Below the pieces are notes generated by a model. The model ran no database searches. It was not told the DNA's origin and worked only from the letters and a program-made list of their open reading frames with translations. The translations under genes were made by a program, and so were the position numbers. A stretch of DNA of 59,495 nucleotides, filler included, from Sphacelaria rigidula (lineage: Eukaryota), in the NCBI GenBank assembly GCA_964200075.2. It is 9 parts of 9 records of this genome, joined end to end, with 100 filler letters (N's around TTAATTAATTAA, not from the genome) between each part and the next. Parts side by side here need not be neighbours in the genome. Positions count along the whole stretch, not along the records: positions 33,111 to 39,632 come from CAXNAA020019574.1; positions 39,733 to 46,253 come from CAXNAA020019575.1; positions 46,354 to 52,874 come from CAXNAA020019576.1; 6 more parts are not named here. The stretch is one strand, 5' to 3'. Positions within the stretch are counted from its first letter, which is position 1, and each line of letters opens with the position of its first letter. Below, in pieces: positions 39,042 to 51,364 of this stretch.

Positions 39042-39530
39042 ATGTACAGAAAGGTTTTAGATTTTCAAGAAAACTATGTCAGTGCCCGCTACAAGCGACG
39101 CTATGCTGCAAGGCGGCGACGGCGCAGGGCCTTCTTGTCTCCAAGTCCACCTCGTCAACAAAAAGTCCCATTCTTCACCGTGGCGGGGTTTAAGACGGCA
39201 TCGGAGCGTGTCCTACTGTCACAGGGCCGCACCATGATTGCTGATGGGCGAGTGACGGGCAGCCGGAGTAAGCTGTACTGTTGCGCGGGATGTGTAATCA
39301 AAGCGGGCGAGAAAGGGATCAGTGGCGGCCAGGTGACCGTACGCGCATATAAGCACAAAACCAAAGAATGGGTCGTGACGGAGTGCAATTTTGTGCACGA
39401 GAATTGTGCCGGCGGGAAGAACAAGCCCAGCCTCCGGGCTTTGGCGCGGGGAGGCACGGTGTTGCTCAACTTCAACCGCAAAAGAAATGCCACGGGTCTC
39501 GTCAGTTCGCTCAAGGGCGCCTACGGCGTG
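39042..39530 (+). pseudogene. MuDR/FAR1-type (WRKY-GCM1 fold) DNA-binding domain fragment of a MULE transposase
   Basis: F..F......L....SKLYCCAG...VTVRAYKHKTKEWVVTECNFVHENC pattern; the frame runs into the TIR with no DDE domain. Confidence 0.6.
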
Positions 39531-39790
39531 TCATCACATGATGCCGTTTGGGCGTGTGTGTGCCGGCAAGACTTTTCACACATGTTCGTTGGATGTTTGT
39601 GAGCTTCGGCGCACAAGCGTGCGCGCCCTGTCNNNNNNNNNNNNNNNNNNNNNNNNNNNNNNNNNNNNNNNNNNNNTTAATTAATTAANNNNNNNNNNNN
39701 NNNNNNNNNNNNNNNNNNNNNNNNNNNNNNNNAAGCGTCAGGCTCCAAAGCTCGTTTTCATTTTACTCCCCCCTCCCCCCCCGACAGAAA

Positions 39791-39851
39791 CGTCTCGAAA
39801 GGGATGCGTGGTCAATGGTCAAACGACTAAGGCAAGCAACAAATGAGTACG
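39791..39851 (+). mobile_element. 61-nt mini-element, copy 1
   Basis: CGTCTCGAAAGGG...AAATGAGTACG flanked by duplicated C8-9GACAGAAA. Confidence 0.85.
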
Positions 39852-39917
39852 CCCCCCCCCGACAGAAATCAGAGTTCTACTAAAGCGGCGGAGAGAATAT
39901 TTTGGGTAGTACATTTA

Positions 39918-40170
39918 TAGGGCGAGCACTCGCGTCATTGCTCGTCGTGGGGAAATGGATGACTCGAGCACACGAGTCATTGCTCGTTGTAAAAAAAACG
40001 AATGACTCGAGCGCACTAGTCATTGCCCGTCGTGAAAAGACTGAATGACTCAAGCACACGAATCATTGCTCGTTGTGAAAACAACGAATGACTAGAGCAA
40101 CGAGTCATGCTCGTTGTGTTTCCAAAGAACACCCACGAGCGCACTCGTTTCGACGAGTAATGACTCGTCT
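39918..40170. repeat. Tandem ~43-bp palindromic repeats AATGACTCGAGCACACGAGTCATT
   Basis: Five to six degenerate self-complementary units; related to 7078-7250. Confidence 0.75.
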
Positions 40171-40275
40171 GACGTGTGAAAAATCACTGAAAAAATATAC
40201 GAGACCAACACAACCCTTCGTTGGCGCACAAAAACAGCAACAGCTAGCCGAAACCAGTGCTGTGCCCTGGCTCAC

Positions 40276-41022
40276 CACGTCCATTGCTCCCAATTGCGGT
40301 GAGGATCGCCTCGGTACCCTTGGTCGCGAGGTCGGCACAGGCTGCAGCAGCTGCTCTTCCCCAAGGGAACCTCTCTCTACCGCCGCCTCACTATCAGCTG
40401 TCGAAACACGCCCAGCCTTCGGCAACGCCGGGCTTCGCCTGCCTTCGCTCGATCGAGGGCACAAATCGCTCAAGCGATCGTATGTAGGAGACACAGAAGA
40501 AGGCACCGGTAACCCACCCCCTCCGCCATAACCGTCGTTTTCAGCACTACCCTGTATGCTGTCCCGACCATCACCCTCATTACCGCCATCGCCCCCCCCC
40601 CCGTCGCCCCGACTCCCTCTCCCGCATCGATTGCCACGTCCCACACTCCGATTGCCGCGCCGACCGCCGCTGCGGCCCCTCCCTCCGCCGCCACGCCCTC
40701 CTCGCCTTCGTGCGCCGTCTTTGGCCTCGCTTCCCGCTACCCTGCAACCTACCGTTGTCGCCCCCGCGTTATGAAACCAGGGAGTTTCCTTCGTACCCAC
40801 ATCGCTGCTTTTTGAGGTGTGGCACATGAGAGCACCAGGGACGCCTGATTCGACCAGAGGTAAGGAGGGATCTCGGCAGCCAGCGGCTGCTTGCGCACTG
40901 GTGGGGGGAGTGGTAGTATTGGTAGCAGTGCCTCTGTTGCCGCGGCGATCGAGAACTTGCGCGTGTGCGGGAGACACCCGGTAGTTGGCGCGGTTCTTGA
41001 TCAGTTTTCCTTGGGCGAGCGC
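40276..41022 (-). CDS. Internal exon: C-terminal end of an H15 (linker-histone winged-helix)-like domain followed by a Gly/Arg-rich low-complexity region
   Basis: TTTTTTTCCATCAG acceptor, 249 open codons starting ALAQGKLIKNRANYRV, RGGRGGGGRG stretch, GTG|GTGAGC donor (phase 0-0). Confidence 0.55.
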
Positions 41023-41514
41023 CTGATGGAAAAAAACAAACAAACACCGAAGGGACAGTTGGGAAGATGAACGCCAAGCAGCCTACCGATGTATAGGTAT
41101 ATCTTCATGTACGGAATACGACGAGACAAAAAAACGGTCGCTGACATGGGCCGAGCGACGTCTCCTCTAGCAGTCATTCCCTTTCTGAAAAGGTTGGCAA
41201 AACAACACGGATGATTTGATAGCGAGTGGGGGGGGAGGGGGGGGGGGAACTGTGGGTCGCGCCCACGGCAAATCCCCCGACCACCCGTGCTGTGCCTTGC
41301 GATGCGAAATTATTCTCTGCTCTGGACGTCCGTAACGTTAACGGTGCCCCAGTACACACGCGTAGCATTTTATAGGATGTGTGTGTGTATGTGTAGAGCT
41401 GTGAACTGGCTGCTCTGGGCAGTTAAGTTTGACTGTCCGCGCCAGCGGCCAGCATATGGATGTTTTCCCAGTTAACTGGAAGAACATCGGCGGCGAAGCC
41501 GCGAACCGCAAACG

Positions 41515-41546
<32 letters not shown>

Positions 41547-41620
41547 CCCCCCCCCCCCCCCCCACCACCCCCCCCCGCCACGAGGCAAACCAGCGCCAAC
41601 CACNNNNNNNNNNGATGCTC

Positions 41621-41681
41621 CGTCTCGAAAGGGATGCGTGGTCAATGGTCAAATGACTAAGGCAAGCAACAAATGAGTACG
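41621..41681 (+). mobile_element. 61-nt mini-element, copy 2
   Basis: One mismatch to copy 1; followed by CCCCC; left flank adjoins a 10-N gap, so the TSD cannot be confirmed. Confidence 0.8.
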
Positions 41682-42496
41682 CCCCCGGCTGGTGAGGGGG
41701 CCCCGCGGAAACGCCGCTAGAGGCAAGAAAAAATTGCGTTAATAGGCTTGTTTTTTCTTCAAAAACGTTGAAAATAGTAGAAAATGTAGTCCCTCACACT
41801 GAGGGCCCATCACCCTGAGGGGCTGAAAAGTCTCAGACGGCATTAAAATCCCATTCAAAGCGGTGAGCGATTCGAAAATCATTCTTCTGTGATGTGCAGC
41901 AGCAGACTCCGCGTGAGGAGAGGGAGATGGAAACAAGCCAAGGCTGGCAGCACGCGGGGGTAAAGGTATGCGAAAAAAAAAAGCCTCCATTTTGGAGGCT
42001 CCATTTTGGAGGGGGGGGTAGGGGGGGAGGTTCGCGGGTAATAGTGAAAAACTGGTCGTAACAATATTAAAACCCCTAAACCAGGGGGAAGGAACAACAT
42101 AATACAGTCTGAACCACTTTTTGTTGGCTTATAATGCCCTAGCGAGATCTCACACAAAATTTCATTACACAAAACACTAAACGTGGGCTGGTAAGTGGCC
42201 TGCAAAATGCTGTTTCGAATTTTTACCGAACCGGTTCTTAAACAGGCCTTTTGCAATTCAATACTTTGAGTTGGACCCTAAAATTTAGTATGGGCCATCA
42301 ATAGGGCGTAATAATAAGCTATGCGTGGACCTGAAAAGTATTTTTTTCTATGAGTTAAAGCAATAATCAGTTTTCAGGTATCAGCAAAATGTCGTTGAAC
42401 CATGGAAAAAAAAAACTTCGGGTCCATGCACATTTTTTTTTCATTGTGCCCTATTGATTGTCCGTGCCACATTTTGGGGCCCAACTCTCAGTATTA

Positions 42497-43118
42497 CAGT
42501 ACTGGGCGCCTAAACTGTTCATTTTATAATTTCCTCGTAATTGGCGTTATCCCTGTGCTCTTTCGCCTGCCTCCGCTCGTTACATTGGGCATCTGAAAAT
42601 ACTTGCATCCGCTCCACATTCCAAGATCAGATGTATCCAACATTGAGTGACTCATGGGCTGACCGGTCATCGGGGGTCCTGACACGTTTCAGCCCAGATT
42701 CAGACTCTTCGGTATTTTCGGCCGATCGAGCCTGTCCCGATCGTATTTGTGAAGAAATGTACAGGTTTGTTCTTTTGAATTTTTACCTACTCATTGCACC
42801 ATCAGTGAGCCGAAATACTGTGTTTCACGGCCACTAACACCCTCCTGATAAACGGAGTATCTACTCGTATCGCCCGATGACACCAACTGACACTGAGTTG
42901 GGCACTGGGGGGGGGGAGCGTACTCATTTGTTGCTTGCCTTAGTCGTTCGACCATTGACCACGCATCCCTTTCGAGACGGGCACTGGAGGGGGGAGGGGG
43001 GAAGACGATATGTTCATTTTACCAAAATCTACCGACGCTAGCACTTTCGAGTTCTATCGACGAGTCGTCGGGAGAGAAAAACCTTCGGAGCAAAAAATAG
43101 TCCATGCGCTCAGTACTA
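42497..43118. mobile_element. Tc1/mariner-type MITE, copy 2 (hosts the 61-nt element)
   Basis: TA|CAGTACTGGGCG...CGCTCAGTACT; homologous to 5660-6209. Confidence 0.7.
42919..42979 (-). mobile_element. 61-nt mini-element, copy 3
   Basis: Reverse complement, one mismatch to copy 1; flanked by duplicated GGCACT-(G-run)-AG. Confidence 0.85.
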
Positions 43119-43975
43119 TGAATTGCGAATGGGCCTGCAAATTCCAAATCCGCTTCTAGGCTGGCCCAGCTCGTACCATGAATACTGTGTCATGAGGAAG
43201 ATAGAGAGGCGTTATTTGTTCCCACAGACAACTTTGGGGCAGGTTGGCTTACGGATCATCCGATCTGTCCACGGGGAATGCTCCCATAGCTCTGGGAAGA
43301 TTGGTGTACAGACTGGTGTACCCTAGCGGGGAAAGGGTAGTGTACAGATTGGTGTGCCCTGGTCCCCGGGAGGCGAAACGCCTTCCCGGGTCGAGTTCAA
43401 AAATAGGTTGCTCTACCGTGCCCCATGCAACCTCGCTCACTCTTGAGCTACCCTTCGAGCCGGACCATCTGCTCCTACTGTTTACCATTGGTGAGAACAG
43501 TGTGCTGGGCGATCAAGGGGATAATCAGTGAGAGTTCAAAAGATATCAAGCCTTTGAGCTCCTGTTGTTTGTTGCTACTGTGACCAACAGTCACGTGAAT
43601 CTGCACGTGTGCATTTGCAGCTTGTTTTACTCGGACACCTGGTGCGTTTGCGCACCTACTCAAGCTTGCGGCACATTGATCATAGCTAGGAAGGTGTGGA
43701 ACCTGTCTATACACTCCCTCTATATCACAACTGTCTGTACTTGTACTGCTGTCAGGTACAGGCCCCAATTTCACTGTCATTTTGTTCGTAATAATAGTGT
43801 AAGCATATTTGTTATAAACTCACCCTACTAAAATTGGTATAAATATAGCCGGTAACGGCAACTTCGGATAAACTGGATAAACTGGAGTCCTCATCACCAG
43901 TTCCAGTTAAATTCCAGTTCCAGTTTAATCGCCAGTACAAACTGGTCCACTTCACAGTCCTATATATGTACGTAC

Positions 43976-44470
43976 GTATGTATGTATGTATGTATGTATG
44001 TATGTATGTATGTATGTATGTATGTATGTATGTATGATTGTATGTATGTATTATCTCACATTAGCTTTTTGCAACAATCCAGCCCGTGGTCAGGAGCAGC
44101 AACAATAGAACAGAGTAAGAAGAAAGAAAAAAGGAAGAAAGGAACAGAAAAAGACAGAAGCAACGGCCTCAGAAACGAAAGAAAGGGGGCAGCGATAACA
44201 ACAAAAACAACACCAACAACACCAACAACAAACAATAGCAATAACAACAAACAATAGCAATAACAACAAACAACAGCAATAACAACAAACACAAACACAA
44301 AAAACACAAAAAGATAATGATCGCGCACTACATAGCTGATTGCAACACTCCAGCTCGTGATCAGAAAACAAAGGAGAGACATGAAAAAAATGAAAGGAGA
44401 AATAAAAGAATAGAACGTAAAAAAGAGGAATACAATAGACAAGAAGACAGAGCCAGGCTCGTCCCGGCAA
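43976..44470 (-). mobile_element. Retroposon 3' end (T-rich UTR) with a (CATA)n tail
   Basis: (TATG)n at 43976-44050 followed by TCACATTAGC...CCCGTGGTCA, as at 13106-13139. Confidence 0.65.
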
Positions 44471-45299
44471 GTATATGCATATTCTTTTTGTTATGGGATT
44501 CCAGCTGCTGAAACAACCTTCCCATACACTTTCTTCAAAGGTTTTCGATTACGCGCTACTTTTCGTCATATGTGTGATGACGACCGCACCTTTCGCTGTG
44601 GTTTAGCGTGTTGTCTACGCATGTAACTGCCTCGTCCAGCAAATGTGGTATCGATTGGGTGCCGACAATTGCCGTCCGACTCACGCGTATATAGATCCCC
44701 ATAAACTATGGAACAAGACCCCGTTTAGTGGAGACCACTATGAAAGAAAAGCCCTCGAGCCGATAATATCCACACGGCGACCGATCTTCCCGTGCGTTGA
44801 GTTTCGAGGCCGACTCCAGCTCATGTTCGACTTCATCATTTTCGATTGTGTTGACCACAGAAGGAAGGTGAGCCTTCCTCTTGCGTGACCCCGGCTGATG
44901 CATCCACATATACCCAAAGGTATAGACTGGCGTCCAGACTATATGGGATGCCAGCAACATATAGTTGCCACCAAGCACCAGTAATCAGCAACCAAGCCCG
45001 TAACACTCACGCCTTACTAGGAATAGGCATTCTATCTACAAGCCCTAGCAGCGTATGATGCGCCTCTAGCCGCCGGGCGCCACAACTAGGTAATCGATTA
45101 AACAGCCCAGAGAACGAAAAAAAAAAAGCAACACAGCCAAGGGCGTCCAGAAAAAAAAATCCTGGATCCCCGCTCACATTTTTGTATTTGGGGCCGATTG
45201 GGGGAGGGGGGTGTTATTGCCTTTTCTATACTGAATCCTATACAATAACAAATCAATGACAAGTTACTTGGCTTTAGACTGGAACCTAGTCAGCGACTG

Positions 45300-45746
45300 T
45301 GTTAACCGGGCATAAGAGTCACTTAATTAATCAGTTGCAGAGCACAGAGCCACAGAGCCAACAGAAGCAGCGATATAGCTAACAAACAGCAGTCTGCGCT
45401 GTATACGTGAACATAAACTGCCTGGTTCATTGCCTGATGTGCCATCTAATCAAGAAACCTATCAGACAGTAGACAACGTAACCGAGGCCGAAGTGAGTCA
45501 GGTGACTAGAGCTCAGTATCCGAACACCCGAGCCAACTTGCAACGAAAAATGCGGTGAGATTAAGCGAGACCGAAAAATTTGAAACCGTCGAAAAAGCGG
45601 CGGGATTGGGCAATTTTCCGAGCCACGCACAACCGCGCAAACACAGTTACACGTAATCATTGTCATGGGCTCTGCCCTCACTTCTTCAGAGACGGTTGGA
45701 TTCCGGAAGGCCGAGAACGGTTCCAAACAATTGTATCAGAAGTGGG
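45300..45746 (+). mobile_element. Probable 5' LTR plus primer-binding site of an LTR retrotransposon
   Basis: TGTT...AACA termini (45300-45729) followed by TTGTATCAGAAGTGGG, resembling the tRNA-Leu-type PBS TGGTGTCAGAAGTGGG; no second LTR in the contig. Confidence 0.5.
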
Positions 45747-46387
45747 CGGCGTCGTGCTTTTGTCAAGAGCGCGAGACCTTGTACTTGTAACCTACTTGTG
45801 CGCCTTCGCTTTGTTAAAAACAAATTCCTTCAAGTTGGCACGCACAAAGTTGCGCCGAGTTCGTTCTGCACCTCGAGCTCTGCAACGGACTCAAAAGTGT
45901 CCAACTCATCTTTGTACTCATCCAAATCATCGTACTTTTCAACACTTCGTTTTGTTTGCCCTCCAACTTGTGCCCTCCGACCTTTCTAACACGATTGCCA
46001 CGATTGCCAACAATTTGCAGATAAATCGCATCAACTAATCTCCAACACACCTCCAACACTGCTCATCCAACCAAGTATATTCATGAAACACAGAAGCAGC
46101 AAACGTATACGGCTGGTGCGCATTGTTTCGACGACGTCTTGCTGAGCAAATGACGTCCTAAAGCCTGAGAAATAAGTGTCTAGTTTGACAAAGTTTGAGG
46201 GAATAAAAAATGAAATCAGGATGTGTTGGGGTGGGGGGTGGGGGGGGGGGGGGNNNNNNNNNNNNNNNNNNNNNNNNNNNNNNNNNNNNNNNNNNNNTTA
46301 ATTAATTAANNNNNNNNNNNNNNNNNNNNNNNNNNNNNNNNNNNNNNNNNNNNCCCCCCTCAAGCACCCTAACCCCAACTACCCCAC

Positions 46388-46588
46388 CTGAAGAGGCTCC
46401 ATCACCCCGCAGCTTCTATCCTGGTCAGACTCAAACGCCAAAAAATCTTCGCTACCGTGACCCGTGTAGTGCAGCATCCGGCAGCCCGCGTTGAGGATTT
46501 CCCGGAGATTGGAAGGCGTCGCCACGGCCGCGCGGAATCGGATCTCTCGCTCCGCTCTTCCCAATTTTTCTCGGATCATCTTCAACTC
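46388..46588 (-). CDS. CHAT-domain (caspase/HetF-like, clan CD) protein, exon 2
   Basis: CTTACAG acceptor and CAG|GTGGGG donor, 67 codons: ELKMIREKL...ATPSNLREIL...RMLHYTGHG..FLAFES, containing the catalytic-His motif of CHAT domains. Confidence 0.85.
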
Positions 46589-48698
46589 CTGTAAGATGAC
46601 AACCGCACGGTGGCGGGAAAATAGGGTTGGGGTGTCCATACTGTATGCTCTGTGTGTACCCAGTAACTACACCTGGCAGGGAAAGAGAGCGATCCTGGCG
46701 CAGTTATTAGTCTGTAGTTTCTCTGACATTGGTGTCCGTCGTGGTCGGCATATACCCATATATACCCGGCTCGAGGCAACACAGCACTGTGTATTTTCTA
46801 TTCGGTAATGCATCTGCTCCATGCTTGAATATTGGACCTGCGCATAACTGTACACGCGAAGAATATACAGTAGTAAGGCGGGTGGGTGTGTACGCGTGCG
46901 TCGCCACGCATGCTCTACTGACGTATGTTGGTTCATCCACGTGGTTGCATGTACGAGCGATGCACGTACTCTCATACATCACTCTCCCGAGTTCATTGCC
47001 TGTTGCACAGAAACATACATCTACACGGCGAGCGCTAAACGTGATCGGAAGTGCAAAGCGATATTCACCGGAAAACTTACCCTCAAGCACGTACTCGATT
47101 AATGCATGCAACAGAACTACTTATCTAGCACACAAATCCAAGGTGGTCTCATACACACCAAGCTTGAACCAAGGCAGTGTCGCCCAGTGCTAATGTCAGT
47201 GTACCCTCTGGTGCGTCTGGTGTCCATAAACTCCGAAGTACCCTTATGAGCACTTTCAAGACCGCGTGTTTCACCGGAAGGCTCGTATAGCTACGCGGAA
47301 GCCAACATTTTTGTTCTCACCAAAGCGCCACAATATAAGTGCAACATCTACAACGCAGTCGAATCCACATAAATGCCGATGGTCCGATCGTTCAACAAGG
47401 TCGTAAAAATTCTCGGCCAAACATTCGTCCAGGCGGCCATGGACCACTTTTCATGAGGACAACTCCCGATTCACAGAGGCCAAAATCTGGGCAAAATCGG
47501 GGTGACTCAGATTTGCAAAAGTCAGACTTACAGGGAGCCCATTACGGTTTCACATATTTAAGGTGGTTCTGTGGACGGACAGTCTTGTTCCCTCGAGCGT
47601 GTTTTTTTGGGGGGGGGCTACGGCTCCAGACACCCCGCACCTAGTGTCTGATGATGCTGAAGCTTACAGTATATGTTGCTTGGTACCGCAGGTGTTGAAG
47701 TAGCAGTATCGATGACCGAAGGCATTCTGTACGTGTGTGGGGGTCAAAAGGATGACTGTGAGCATCGCGCGCTTCAATTGGAACTGCTTTTTTCAATATC
47801 TGATGACAATAACAGATGGTACTATAAAAAACCGACGCGGAGGCAGCGGTAAATGTTGCCAGTGTATTCGTTCAACTCAACCTGCGCTCACCGGTTGGCC
47901 CTCGCGAGAACGCAGGTCCACAAGCACGGTTGAGGCTTCTTCATATATGTGAGGTTGCTATCCTTGACGTTCGCCCGCAGTCACGCGCAAAATATCGCCG
48001 TGAAACTTAGTCGGTGTGAACACTATGTTGTGCCAAGGATCATCGTGGGCCTGTGAGGGAAGGGGGCAATGCCCCCGTACAGACAGTACCAGAGCCTGCA
48101 TACCCGATATCACGTTAGACTGACCATCACGGGGGCGGTAGCTATTGTCTTGATTCATCAGGATCAACTTGGAATTCGGTCATAAGCGGCTCCTACGTGA
48201 ATATTTTGAGTATTTGCCGAGTCATACTGATCGATCTCTTGCGGAGTTTTGTTTACCGGCTTGCTTGATCTCACAATGCAACAGCAACAGAGAACAATGT
48301 GTACGAGTCTTCTGTCTGTACGGAGAACGGCGGGGGCCCTACTCTTCAGATTAACCGACGGTTCACCCCGATGTATGGTGCAGTCAGCGACAGACGTGCA
48401 GGTGGAGCATCCCCAGTGGACGTTCTTATGACGGAGGTCTGGCACGCTGTTTTGCGTACAGTCGGCCAGCCGGCCAGTCGTGACTGTAAGGCGGGGGAGT
48501 GGAACCATGTCACGGATGGATCGCGAGTATTCCGACGCTGCCGTGGCGTGGTTCGCGTGGTACAGTCAATACACTACGGCCGGCTCGGAGCACACGGTGC
48601 CAAATTTGTCGTGAAATTCAGGTAGCCGAAACCATTTTGTATTTTAAACCCTTCCGATCTACCCAGTGACATGCGTTCTTTGCCATCCAGATCCCTCA

Positions 48699-49224
48699 GG
48701 TCGCTTCTTACGGCAAACAAAAATAAAATCTAGAAAACTGTCTTTTTGGCGCTCCTGCGTCGCTTCACGTCCTACAGGAGAGCTAGGCGGATTTTGACAC
48801 CTTGTGATGGCTTGCTGTACTCGTTGAGACAGTTGCAGCACACCTGTGCGTTTTCCCGGTGGCCGCAGATTTTTCTGGACTTCACCGGCCTCCAAGAAGA
48901 AATATCGGTCATCCAGAAAAACGCAAGTTTGGCGAAGACAAGAAAAACTGCGGCTACTGGAAGAACGTTTTTTTTTTTTTTAATTTTATCGGTCTCCAGA
49001 AAAATGAGCGGTCTTGAAGAAAAATGCAAGTTTGGCAAAGAAAAGACCCGAAGCCACCGGAAATATGCACAATTGTGCTGGAACCCCTTGAACGAGTACA
49101 GGAATGCACTCCAAGGTGTCAAAATCCGCCTATTAAGAGCTCTCTTTTGGGCGAAAAACGACGCACAAGCTCCAAAAAGGCAGTTGTCCAGATTTTTTGT
49201 TCTTGTGCGCCATAAGAAGAGACC
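48699..49224. mobile_element. Intact Harbinger-like MITE W in the CHAT gene intron
   Basis: TCA|GGTCGCTTCTTACGGC...GCCATAAGAAGAGACC|TCA; long imperfect inverted arms. Confidence 0.85.
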
Positions 49225-49672
49225 TCAGCCACGTTATTTTCCTGTAGCCAGCCTTGTGTGCTGCTGTGGTCACCTCTCCTCGAAGGACGTGCTCCCTCTA
49301 AAGTCAACATAAATCATACTGTAGAGCATGACCATTTGATATGGAATATGGCGCTTTCTATTTTTACGCGAAAACGAGAGCTCTGCTATCTATTCCATCT
49401 CCATATTACTGAAAGAGAGCAAAGACTGCGGAGGGACATTTTGTGAAGGGGTGAGGTACCGCTCACTAGCGAAGCCGAATAGCAAGTGGGCAGTGAATCA
49501 TGCTCCAAGCACAGCACCGCGCCGTGGTACTCCGTAGCCGTGGTACTCCCTAGGTACAGTACGATCAATGCGGTACCATAAATTCAGTTGTCACAGCACT
49601 AATGCGATGCGGAAATATGATGGTACAATCAGTAATGCAAGAACAAAATGCGTGCGGCACGAGTGCAGTGCC

Positions 49673-49919
49673 GAGTGATGCTACGGTAGGGGTGCACAAA
49701 TATTTTCTGAGCTTGGAATTTTTAGGAGCCCTTCATCTCATCCAAAACACAAGCTATGAAATAGGTGAGAGCACGCCAGGATTACTATGTCACTGTGGTA
49801 GTGACATCCCGAATAAAATTTGCAAGCGCGGATGCCCTGACCCATATTCTTGCGCATCTAGAGCCCCGGAACCAGACAAGATCTTGCGAAAAAAGTGCAC
49901 CCCTACCGTAGCATGGCTC
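49673..49919. mobile_element. Sola2-like MITE with 4-bp TSD
   Basis: TGCC|GAGTGATGCTACGGTAGGGGTGCAC...GTGCACCCCTACCGTAGCATGGCTC|TGCC. Confidence 0.88.
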
Positions 49920-51364
49920 TGCCGTATAATACCCTGCTGAAACGACGACGACATAGAGTGGGATGTTACAGCATCGTTCGTTATCGTGGTAATTACGGCA
50001 GTGTAGTGCATTTTACCATCGCCGCAGCGTACGACGACACTCTCATCTATTCTCTAACAAACCCTGTTACGGCCGCCGCAGTGTACGACGTCAGTCCGTT
50101 ATTTCATTCTTTCTCATACCCTGTGCGCGCTACCCGTGCAACGAAGCTGCTACAACAGCTGGCGCAGGTAGGCAGGGTGTGTGCTGTCACGAGACCATAT
50201 GTCACCGCGGTTTTCGAAAACAGCGAACAGCTCTTGCCCTATCCCGGTACGTCATCGTACGTACGTCAACTGCGTACATATTGCAGATTGGGGGAAATTC
50301 GCGTGAAAACCGAGAAATTCCAATCTGGGCTTCCTCATTCCGGCCATATACGATGTTGTGTATCCATAATGGACGAAAAGAGGAGACACAAATCTCAACG
50401 GCCCCAATCTGCGCACAGATCGAGTTTTGTGTCACCAAAATAACCATTCCTAAAATAGGTCCGCTGGCTGCAGCTCGCCTCTACCTTCTGTCGGCGATCC
50501 CCTCGCGGCCAGGGTACATGCAAGAGGGAGGCGTTTCGGCGGTACGAGTAAATTAACCAGTGAAAAAGATGGGCCTTGTTCCACGCGTGCTGTCGGCTGC
50601 TGCTTTTGTTCAGTCTTTTGGGTTGCAACACTGCTTGTTTCCGTCATGGTTTGTCTTCATGTTTCATCCTACAATTACACCTGAAATTCATCCATCGCGA
50701 GAGATACGCACGGCGGTGGGCGACAGTTTGGAGACATGTTTCATCAGCATCGAGGAGCTAGCTTTATCCACATATGCTCTCGTCTCCAAGAAGGATGGTC
50801 GGTTGCGGGGTATTTTTCGATCTTGTTGAATCGCCACGGTTGGATACTCGCATCACACAAACGCGATAAGACTTGATGACAATTTCACGGTTCATACTGT
50901 GGCATTGAAGACCCTAGGGCTTGAGTGAGTGAAGCAGACAGCCTTCGGATGTTAGCGGGATTACTATACCCCCACAGGTTGTGATGCAAATACACGCAAC
51001 AGACCCCGACTACGGACGGTGCATGATGCCGACAAACACGATCACACAACTGTCGTTTCAAAGCGGCGCATGTATACTGTACACAGAAAAGAACACACCC
51101 AAGCCGACAAGAAGTTTCTGTGCTTCCGCATTTCGAAAGAGCCAAATACAAAGGGGGAAACAGTAATATGGAAGCTCCAGCGATGTTGCTTAAGGGCAAT
51201 ACGGCAGGCTTCCTGTTTCAGTGACACTCCAGTGCCGTGGGGTGCAAGTTGTTCTATAGATCAGGCTGTGTAACGAAAGCAAGAGTATCGTACGCTGTGC
51301 TGGGCACGTACCACTGAACTGCAGTACTGTACTGTTGTCTGATATTCTGCCGACCTGTACTTAC

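Larger units (their letters stand above)
38487..39632 (+). mobile_element. Internally deleted Mutator-like element (MULE) with long TIRs
   Basis: About 100-bp near-perfect inverted repeat (38487-38585 vs 39534-39632, cut by the contig end) enclosing a transposase N-terminal fragment. Confidence 0.65.

Noticed and set aside
39918..40170. CRISPR-like array of palindromic repeats (also 7078-7250, 26670-27090)
   Set aside because: Repeats are degenerate, linkers are short, low-complexity and not unique spacers, there are no cas genes, and the context is eukaryotic.
44056..44470. Very hydrophobic or Cys-rich ORFs as membrane proteins
   Set aside because: Translations of a low-complexity T-rich retroposon UTR.
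47720..48620. Helitron Rep fragment in the CHAT intron (LVHIVL...TPQEIDQY)
   Set aside because: Only a faint resemblance; the HUH and Tyr motifs are not convincingly present.
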